Shown here: positions 57,371 to 64,000 of the stretch, in pieces
Layout: each line of letters starts with the position of its first letter
Position numbering within the stretch: the stretch's first letter is position 1
DNA from: Ignavibacteriales bacterium
GTDB taxonomy: Bacteria; Bacteroidota; Ignavibacteria; UBA10030; UBA6906
Reading direction: 5' to 3'
Length of the DNA stretch: 64,000 bases
NCBI GenBank assembly: GCA_037441705.1
Contig: JBBIRR010000004.1
Span: 1-64,000, forward strand
Notes under the pieces: model-generated
The model's database searches: none
What the model was told of the DNA's origin: nothing
The model's input: only the letters and a program-made list of their open reading frames with translations
Program-made: the position numbers and the translations under genes

Positions 57371-59760
57371 TGGCGAAGCGAACGGCAAAATCTTCGACTC
57401 CCAAACCAACCAACGGCACACCCACGGATGAGGTTGTGAAATCGCCCGCGCCCAAACGGCGCAAGCGCGTCGGTCTCCCGGACGATGTGCCCCAGGGGGC
57501 AAAGCTCATCGTCGTCGAGTCTCCGTCAAAGGCCAAGACGATCAACAAGTATCTGGGAAATGAGTACGTCGTCGAAGCGTCCGTCGGTCACATCAAGAAT
57601 TTGCCCAAGAGTAAGTTGGGGGTAGATGTCGAGAACGGCTTTGCACTCTCGTACGAAACCATCAAGGGCAAGGAAGAGGTGATCGAACGACTGCGGCAGC
57701 ATGCGGCGAAAGCTTCCTCGGTGTATCTTGCCACCGATCCCGATCGTGAAGGGGAGGCGATTGCCTGGCATCTTGCGAAGGAGATCGAAGAGAAGAATCC
57801 GAACATCTACCGCGTCCTGTTTCATGAAATCACCGATCGGGGAATTGCCGAGGCGATGCAAAACCCGCAGCGCATCAACGAACGGCTTGTGGATTCGCAG
57901 CAGGCGCGGCGGGCGATGGACCGCCTGGTCGGCTACAAGGTAAGTCCCTTCTTGTGGAAGACGTTTTATTACGGCGTCCTCTCCGCAGGCCGCGTGCAGT
58001 CCGTTGCCGTGCGTTTGATCTGCGAGCGCGAAGAAGCGATCAACTCTTTCATTCCCGAGGAATACTGGTCCATCGTCGGCGAGTTCCGCGTAGGCAGCGG
58101 CGATCCGTTCTTTGCCAAACTCTTCAAGGTTGCCGGGGCAGACCCGAAGATTAGCGACAGAACGACCGCAGAAGGCTATGTGACGGATATCCGCAAGCAG
58201 GCCTTTCGCATCGCCGACGTTCAGCGCAAACCCGTCAAGCGCAATCCTCCGGCGCCGTTCATCACGAGCACATTGCAGCAGGAGGCTGCCCGGCGCTTGC
58301 GCTTCAACGCCAAGCGGACGATGATGCTTGCCCAGAAGCTGTACGAGGGCGTGGACCTCGGCGACGAGGGGCGCGTTGGGTTGATCACGTACATGCGAAC
58401 GGATTCGACACGCTTGAGTGAAGATGCCGTGCGTGAGGTGCGGGAGTACATTTTCAGCAATTACGGCAAGGAATACGTCCCCGAAGCACCGCGGCAGTTC
58501 AAGAAAGGGAAAAGCTCACAGGATGCACACGAGGCAATCCGCCCGACGTCGTTGAAGTTCACGCCGAAATTCGTCAAGCGCTTCCTCGAGAAGGACATGT
58601 ATGAATTGTATGAGCTGATCTGGAACAGGTTTGTTGCCTGCCAGATGGCTCCAGCCGTGTTCGAGCAAACGACGGTGGATATTCTCGGAGGTGACTATTT
58701 GTTCCGCGCGACCGATTCGCTTCCAAAGTTTCGCGGCTTCCTGCAGGTGTACGACGATGTTGTGGACGAGACGGAGAAGGAGGCTGAGGCGGACGAGGAT
58801 CCGAAATCAAGTCTGCCGCCAAACCTGAAAGCAGACGAACGCGCCGAGCTGACGAATGTGATCCCCAATCAACATTTCACCAAACCGCCGGCTCGCTACA
58901 CGGACAGCTCATTGATCAAAGAACTGGAAGCGTTAGGCATCGGGAGGCCGAGTACCTACGCGCTGATTGTGGATACGATACAGGCACGCAAGTATGTCGA
59001 AGCGCGGGACAGGCGGCTGTACCCGACCGAGTTAGGCAAAGAGGTCAACCGAGTGCTCGTCAAAAGTTTTCCGCACATCATCAATGTGGCTTTCACCGCG
59101 AAGATGGAAGATGAGCTTGAGACGATTGCGACGGGCGAGCGAACGTATCTTCAAGTGATGGAAGATTTCTACCACCCGTTCATCCGCGACGTCGAGCGGG
59201 TGGAGAAAACTGCGTCCGTGATCAAGAAGTCGCTGCAGGAAACAACGGACGAGCTGTGCGAGGTGTGCGGCAAGCCGATGATTATCAAATGGGGCCGTAA
59301 CGGACGGTTCATGGCCTGCAGCGGGTATCCTGCGTGCAAGAACACGAAGCCGTTGAAGGAGGAACAGGATGCAACGAAGCACGTCGTTGGCGTGAAGTGT
59401 GAAGTGTGCGGTGCCGACATGGTGGTGAAGGGCGGGCGCTTCGGCGCGTTCCTCGGCTGCTCGAATTATCCGACCTGTACCTACACCCGGCCCATTGGCA
59501 TCGGCGTGAAGTGCCCCAAGTGTTCCACGGGTGATGTCATCGAACGGAAAACGAAACGCAAGCGAACGTTCTACGGCTGTTCTCGGTATCCGGATTGCGA
59601 TTTCGCATCCTGGGATCGGCCGGTGGCGCGGACGTGCGACACCTGCGGCAACCCGTACATGGTGGTGAAATCAACCCAAACACGTGGCGAGTTTCTGCTG
59701 TGCCCCTCCTGCAAGGCGGAAGTTGCCAAGGAAGAAGTGAGTGCCGAGCTTGCCACGTAA
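57370..59760 (+). CDS. topA: Type IA DNA topoisomerase I
   Basis: IVVESPSKAKTI, ATDPDREGEAI, SAGRVQS, LITYMRTDS, QDAHEAIRPT, GIGRPSTY and four C-terminal Zn ribbons. Confidence 0.97.
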   Translation: MAKRTAKSSTPKPTNGTPTDEVVKSPAPKRRKRVGLPDDVPQGAKLIVVESPSKAKTINKYLGNEYVVEASVGHIKNLPKSKLGVDVENGFALSYETIKGKEEVIERLRQHAAKASSVYLATDPDREGEAIAWHLAKEIEEKNPNIYRVLFHEITDRGIAEAMQNPQRINERLVDSQQARRAMDRLVGYKVSPFLWKTFYYGVLSAGRVQSVAVRLICEREEAINSFIPEEYWSIVGEFRVGSGDPFFAKLFKVAGADPKISDRTTAEGYVTDIRKQAFRIADVQRKPVKRNPPAPFITSTLQQEAARRLRFNAKRTMMLAQKLYEGVDLGDEGRVGLITYMRTDSTRLSEDAVREVREYIFSNYGKEYVPEAPRQFKKGKSSQDAHEAIRPTSLKFTPKFVKRFLEKDMYELYELIWNRFVACQMAPAVFEQTTVDILGGDYLFRATDSLPKFRGFLQVYDDVVDETEKEAEADEDPKSSLPPNLKADERAELTNVIPNQHFTKPPARYTDSSLIKELEALGIGRPSTYALIVDTIQARKYVEARDRRLYPTELGKEVNRVLVKSFPHIINVAFTAKMEDELETIATGERTYLQVMEDFYHPFIRDVERVEKTASVIKKSLQETTDELCEVCGKPMIIKWGRNGRFMACSGYPACKNTKPLKEEQDATKHVVGVKCEVCGADMVVKGGRFGAFLGCSNYPTCTYTRPIGIGVKCPKCSTGDVIERKTKRKRTFYGCSRYPDCDFASWDRPVARTCDTCGNPYMVVKSTQTRGEFLLCPSCKAEVAKEEVSAELAT

Positions 59761-59780
59761 TCCAAGGGACACGTGGTGTG

Positions 59781-60692
59781 ATGCGCGACTACATACGGTT
59801 ATTTTTCCGCTACCTCGGGGGAGAGCGCAATTGCTCGGCTCATACGCTCGCGTCCTATGAGGATGACCTTGGACAATTCGTCGCATTCCTCTCGCGTACG
59901 GATGCCGAAGCCGCCGCCGACGTGCGGAAGATCGATCATCAGACCATACGCGGCTTTCTCCATCATCTGCTCGAACAGGGCTACTCGCGCCGAAGCATTG
60001 CGCGCAAGCTTGCCTGTCTCAAATCGTTCTTCCGGTTTCTCCGGAGAGGCAACTACATCACGACGAATCCTGCAGCCGCCGTACGTGCACCGAAGCTCGC
60101 CAAGGTTCTTCCGACAGTTCTTGCCGAAGACGAGGTTGCGTTGCTCATGGAGCAGCCCGATCGCTCCACGCCCGAAGGGCTGCGTGACCGTGCCTTGCTC
60201 GAGGTTCTCTACGGGACGGGTATACGGCTGGGCGAGCTGATCGCGCTGAATTGGAACGACATCAATACGGCGGACGCTACGCTGAAAGTGCACGGCAAGG
60301 GGAACAAACAGCGGATTGTTCCGTACGGAAGGAAGGCGAAGGAGGCCCTGCACGCGTATGCCCGCGTGCGTGCGGCAGTGATCCAACCCGGCTTCAACGA
60401 TGAAACCGCAGGGGAGGCGGTCTTCATTACCAAACGTGGAAAGCGTCTCTCTCCCAAAGGGGTGAATGTTCTCATCAACCGCTACATCGGCCGCGTGTCG
60501 GAGATCAGCAAGAAAAGCCCGCACGTGTTGCGGCACAGCTTTGCGACTCACCTGCTCAATCGCGGCGCAGACCTGAAGGCCGTGCAGCAGCTTCTGGGTC
60601 ACGAACGTCTATCAACCACGCAAATCTACACACACGTCAGCGTCGAGCGTCTCAAGAAGGTGTATGCTCAAGCGCATCCCAAAGCGTCATAA
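59781..60692 (+). CDS. xerC: Tyrosine recombinase XerC
   Basis: Catalytic R (GIRLGE), K (GKGNK), HVLRHSFATH, LLGH and TQIY. Housekeeping context between topA and hpf. Confidence 0.88.
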   Translation: MRDYIRLFFRYLGGERNCSAHTLASYEDDLGQFVAFLSRTDAEAAADVRKIDHQTIRGFLHHLLEQGYSRRSIARKLACLKSFFRFLRRGNYITTNPAAAVRAPKLAKVLPTVLAEDEVALLMEQPDRSTPEGLRDRALLEVLYGTGIRLGELIALNWNDINTADATLKVHGKGNKQRIVPYGRKAKEALHAYARVRAAVIQPGFNDETAGEAVFITKRGKRLSPKGVNVLINRYIGRVSEISKKSPHVLRHSFATHLLNRGADLKAVQQLLGHERLSTTQIYTHVSVERLKKVYAQAHPKAS

Positions 60693-60727
60693 TCGATCAC
60701 CATCAACGTAGGGAAAGGAGAACACCC

Positions 60728-61060
60728 ATGGATATCAATTTCACTGCACGACGGTTTCGAGCACATCCGGAAATCAAGAGCTACGCCCTTGCTGAAGTCA
60801 AAAAGTTAGAACGGCTGTATAACGGGATAGTCAAAGCAGACATCATCCTGTTTTATGAGCGCGGAACCAACAGCGTGAAGACGGCTGAAGTAAACCTCCA
60901 CGTCTACGGTGTTATTCTTACGGCGCGGCAGCGATCGGATGATTACGTGAAAGCAATTGATGGCGCAATGGAAAAGTTAGAGGCGCAATTGAAGAAATAC
61001 AAGTCGAAGTTACGAGAAAAGGACAAGACGAAGGTGCGCCGCATTCAAGAAAAGGTTTAG
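60728..61060 (+). CDS. hpf: Ribosome hibernation factor HPF/RaiA (short form)
   Basis: INFTAR…KKLER…AE..LHV…AID.AMEKLE.QLKKYK.KL. Confidence 0.9.
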   Translation: MDINFTARRFRAHPEIKSYALAEVKKLERLYNGIVKADIILFYERGTNSVKTAEVNLHVYGVILTARQRSDDYVKAIDGAMEKLEAQLKKYKSKLREKDKTKVRRIQEKV

Positions 61061-61079
61061 CGGCGCGAAGGAGAAATCT

Positions 61080-62090
61080 GTGAAAATCGACAAGAACCGG
61101 GAGACGCGGAAAAAGTTCATCACCGTGCGGCAGTTCTTTGAAGCCAACCACGAGCGCTTCAAGTTGCACGCGCTCAACGGCGAAAGCGGCTTCGACAACC
61201 ACATCAAGGACAAAAACCTTCACCGGCCGGGGCTTGCCCTGGCCGGGTATGTTGATCTCTTTACCTATGATCGAGTTCAGATCATCGGCAACACGGAGGT
61301 CAACTATCTCAACTCATTGTCGCCCGAGCAGCGCTTGCGGGCATTCGCCTCGCTGCTCGAGTTCAAGATACCGTGCATCATTCTTACGAACGACAACAAA
61401 CTCGAGCAGCGATTGCTGGATGCAGCGGCCGCCAAAGGCATCCCGATTTTCGGGACACCGTTTGAAACCACCAAGATCGCGTACTTTGTTGCCGATTTTC
61501 TCGACGACCAGTTCGCTCCGCAGATCGTGCTGCACGGTTCGTTTGTGGACGTCTATGGCGTCGGGGTGCTCTTGATGGGCCGCTCGGGGATAGGTAAGAG
61601 TGAGATTGCCCTTGATTTGGTGGAGCGGGGTCACCGCCTTGTTGCGGACGATGTTGTGAATGTGACGAGGAAAGGCGAGGGGATCCTCATGGGTTCGGGC
61701 ACGGAACTTGTCAAACATTTCATGGAGATTCGTGGCCTCGGCCTCATCGACGTGCGAAGCATGTTCGGCATTCGCGCCATTCGCTTTCAAAAGCGCGTGG
61801 AGGTCGTCGTCGAGTTGGAAGAGTGGAAACCCAACGAGGATTACACGCGGACGGGTCTGGATGATAAACCTGTGAGCATTCTGGACGTGGAACTCCCGCA
61901 CGTCCGGCTGCCGATTTTCCCCGGCAAGAACGTCACGGTAATCACGGAGGTTATCGCACTCAACTACCTTCTGAAACACTACGGGTACGATGCCGCGAAA
62001 GAGTTTGCGAAACGTCTCGAGGGGCAGATTGAAGCAAAGCGGCGCAAAGGGGACAGGGCGATCAACTACTTTGAACACGATTTCGAGTAG
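61080..62090 (+). CDS. hprK: HPr kinase/phosphorylase
   Basis: HRPGLALAGY, LHGSFVDVYGVGVLLMGRSGIGKSE, RGHRLVADD, MEIRGLG. Confidence 0.96.
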   Translation: MKIDKNRETRKKFITVRQFFEANHERFKLHALNGESGFDNHIKDKNLHRPGLALAGYVDLFTYDRVQIIGNTEVNYLNSLSPEQRLRAFASLLEFKIPCIILTNDNKLEQRLLDAAAAKGIPIFGTPFETTKIAYFVADFLDDQFAPQIVLHGSFVDVYGVGVLLMGRSGIGKSEIALDLVERGHRLVADDVVNVTRKGEGILMGSGTELVKHFMEIRGLGLIDVRSMFGIRAIRFQKRVEVVVELEEWKPNEDYTRTGLDDKPVSILDVELPHVRLPIFPGKNVTVITEVIALNYLLKHYGYDAAKEFAKRLEGQIEAKRRKGDRAINYFEHDFE

Positions 62091-62165
62091 CGCCTCTACG
62101 GGGAACTGCGTAGGGTTTGTCCGATGGCCGGCTTGGTTAAAAAACTGTAATGCCGGAGAAACTTC

Positions 62166-62194
62166 TTGACAAACGGAGTGAGATTATTTATCAT
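62166..62194 (+). promoter_or_regulatory. sigma70-type promoter of the M23 gene
   Basis: TTGACA-17 nt-TATCAT. Confidence 0.7.
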
Positions 62195-62337
62195 TGGTGT
62201 GCCCTTTTAGCATCATCCGTCCCGCGTGAGGCTGTTCAGTTCTCGTTATTGAACCCAAACTCTACTTCAAGAACCAAACAGTAGTTAATTCAGGGGAGAC
62301 TTGCGAGTCCAGTGTTGTGTCACCAGGTGAGGTGAGA

Positions 62338-63288
62338 GTGCGAAAAAGACTACGATTCTTCTACTTCTCAGATAAGACCCTGGGCTTCCACGAAGTACGC
62401 TACTTCGTCGCGAAGACCGTGGGTTCGGCTCTGGTGTTGAGCATTGGGATGCTCGGCGCTCTCTTCCTTCTGAACTACGCGCTGGGAGATCCGCTGGGCA
62501 TGACGAGGTCCTCCGAGCTTGTTGCCGAGAACACCTATCTCAAAGATCAGATCCGTGAACTGAGTAAGAAGGTTCTGGAGATTCGCAAGAACATCGACGA
62601 ACTGGCGGAACGGAACAACCAGCTCCGTTTGATGGTGGATTTAGGTAAGATTGACGCAGATACCCGGCAGGCGGCCGTCGGCGGTTCTCTGAGCTCCGCG
62701 TCGTTTCCGTTTCTGACGCCGGAGGCTGGCGCGCTCCTTGCCAACTCCAGCGAGTTGCTTTCACAGCTCGAGCGCGAAGTCGAACTGCAAAAAAAGAGCT
62801 ACGAAGAAATCACGAAGCGGTATGAATACAACAAGACCTTCTTCATGCACCTTCCTGCAATCAAGCCGTGCGCGGGAGAGTACTCGATTAGAGGTTACGG
62901 GATGAGGATTCATCCGGTCCTCGGCGTGTGGCGCATGCACGAAGGACTTGATATCATTACCGATGTGGGGACGCCCGTGTATGCGACGGGAGACGGCACC
63001 GTGACGTTTGCCGGACGGACCGCCAGCGGCTACGGCGCCGTGGTGGAGATTAACCATGGCTACGGGTACACGACGCTGTATGCCCACCTGTCGCAGGTGC
63101 GTGTCCGCTCGGGTCAGAAGGTCAAACGGGGGGAACTTATTGCGCGCTCGGGTCGTTCAGGCTTGGTGAGTGGGCCGCACCTGCATTACGAGGTCCGGCT
63201 CAACGGCAGGAAGCTCAACCCCGTGGATCATTTCTTCGATGATATCGACGCCGCGAGATATCGTGCCCAGCTCGCGAGCTCACAGTAA
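62338..63288 (+). CDS. M23 family metallopeptidase (TM helix + coiled coil + LytM domain)
   Basis: HEGLD, TLYAHL and GPHLHYEV. GTG start at 62338 behind GAGG (62317 is an alternative). Confidence 0.92.
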   Translation: MRKRLRFFYFSDKTLGFHEVRYFVAKTVGSALVLSIGMLGALFLLNYALGDPLGMTRSSELVAENTYLKDQIRELSKKVLEIRKNIDELAERNNQLRLMVDLGKIDADTRQAAVGGSLSSASFPFLTPEAGALLANSSELLSQLEREVELQKKSYEEITKRYEYNKTFFMHLPAIKPCAGEYSIRGYGMRIHPVLGVWRMHEGLDIITDVGTPVYATGDGTVTFAGRTASGYGAVVEINHGYGYTTLYAHLSQVRVRSGQKVKRGELIARSGRSGLVSGPHLHYEVRLNGRKLNPVDHFFDDIDAARYRAQLASSQ

Positions 63289-63346
63289 GAAAAAAGGGCA
63301 TCAACGCAATTTGTCGTAACACGCTGAGAAAGGAAGTGATACTACC

Positions 63347-63571
63347 GTGATCTGGACGATGGAACTCGCTTCATATCTGGATGACGCTCCATGGCCCGCC
63401 ACAAAAGAAGAACTGATTGACTACGCAACACGGACCGGAGCGCCAACCGAGGTGATCGAGAATCTTCAGGAGCTGGAGGATAGCGACGAGCCATACGAAA
63501 GTATGGAAGAAATCTGGCCCGACTATCCGACAGACGAAGATTTCTTCTTCGAGGACGAGGGAGAATACTAA
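63347..63571 (+). CDS. DUF2795 domain protein
   Basis: WTMELASYLDDAPWPATKEELIDYA.RTGAP.EVIENL…IWPDYPT. Confidence 0.9.
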   Translation: MIWTMELASYLDDAPWPATKEELIDYATRTGAPTEVIENLQELEDSDEPYESMEEIWPDYPTDEDFFFEDEGEY

Positions 63572-63621
63572 GATCGCCGGCCTCGTTCGCTTCCTTTGAT
63601 CTACCAGGATGGAATCGTATG

Positions 63622-63654
63622 CCCATTCCGATGAGTCGGGATGGGTTTTTTGTT
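63622..63654 (+). terminator. Intrinsic terminator
   Basis: CCCATTCCGA-TGAG-TCGGGATGGG-TTTTTTGTT. Confidence 0.85.
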
Positions 63655-63670
63655 ATAGAATCCGAGCTTC

Positions 63671-64000
63671 ATGTTCCTCGTCCGTGCTCGACATAGGTTT
63701 GCGTCGGTCAACGGTGTGTGCCTGCTCGTGTTGATGTTCGCGGCGGCGGGCCGCAGCGTCGCAGCCAAATCCCCGCAGGGTGAACTTCCGCAGTTCGAGA
63801 TTCGCGCAATCCGCTTTGAAGGGAACGAAACCTTCAGCAGCAGCGAACTGCTGCAGGTCATGCAAACGCGGGAAACGCCGGGCTTCTTTGACAAGTTCCT
63901 TCATACCACCATCAGCGAACGTCTCGGCCGGAAGAGTGAATACTTCAATCCCGCGTTGCTTGGTGACGACCTGGCAAGGATTCGTCTGTTCTATCGAGAG
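63671..64000 (+). CDS. Omp85 (BamA/TamA) family protein, N-terminal POTRA domain (partial)
   Basis: Manual translation gives a signal peptide, then IRAIRFEGNETFSSSELLQVMQTRE…YFNPALLGDDLARIRLFYRE. The frame stays open at the window end. Confidence 0.8.
   Translation, partial: MFLVRARHRFASVNGVCLLVLMFAAAGRSVAAKSPQGELPQFEIRAIRFEGNETFSSSELLQVMQTRETPGFFDKFLHTTISERLGRKSEYFNPALLGDDLARIRLFYRE

Noticed and set aside
59781-60692. Prophage or integrative-element integrase
   Set aside because: It has XerC size and motifs in a housekeeping operon, with no att repeats, tRNA or mobile cargo nearby.
62195-62337. 6S RNA or other ncRNA after the promoter at 62166
   Set aside because: No long self-complementary rod or terminator is visible. 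It is best read as the 5' leader of the M23 gene.

Overview
A GC-rich chromosomal window from a Bacteroidota-superphylum diderm. An Ignavibacteria/Chlorobi-like lineage is inferred from QNYPNPFNP-type T9SS C-terminal domains, strong Shine-Dalgarno use, TTGACA/TATAAT-type sigma70 promoters, DUF2795 and xerC-hpf synteny. Bases 1-35.7 kb are almost entirely on the minus strand. They hold a cluster of large T9SS cargo proteins: a triple beta-helix protein, a sialidase-like cassette protein, an FG-GAP/ASPIC protein and two S8 proteases. These are followed by a CDP-sugar/C-methyltransferase glycan operon with T9SS lectin-like genes and a VanZ-LamG gene interleaved, and then an orphan mesaconyl-CoA hydratase-like gene. 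Bases 35.9-64 kb are on the plus strand: TPR, DUF3467, a sigma54-preceded lipoprotein/DUF5723 barrel pair, glgB, htpX, a hydrazine-synthase-alpha-like CxxCH protein next to two more T9SS cargos, and a housekeeping block (ctpA, csp, ybeY, smg, topA, xerC, hpf, hprK, M23, DUF2795, partial Omp85). A 1-kb intergenic region is packed with several REP-like and heptamer repeat families. An Illumina adapter remnant appears to overwrite 14 nt inside one CDS. No tRNA, rRNA, CRISPR array, transposase or prophage was recognised. Domain calls come from motif recognition by eye, not database searches, and several start codons were moved from the ORF track using RBS evidence.
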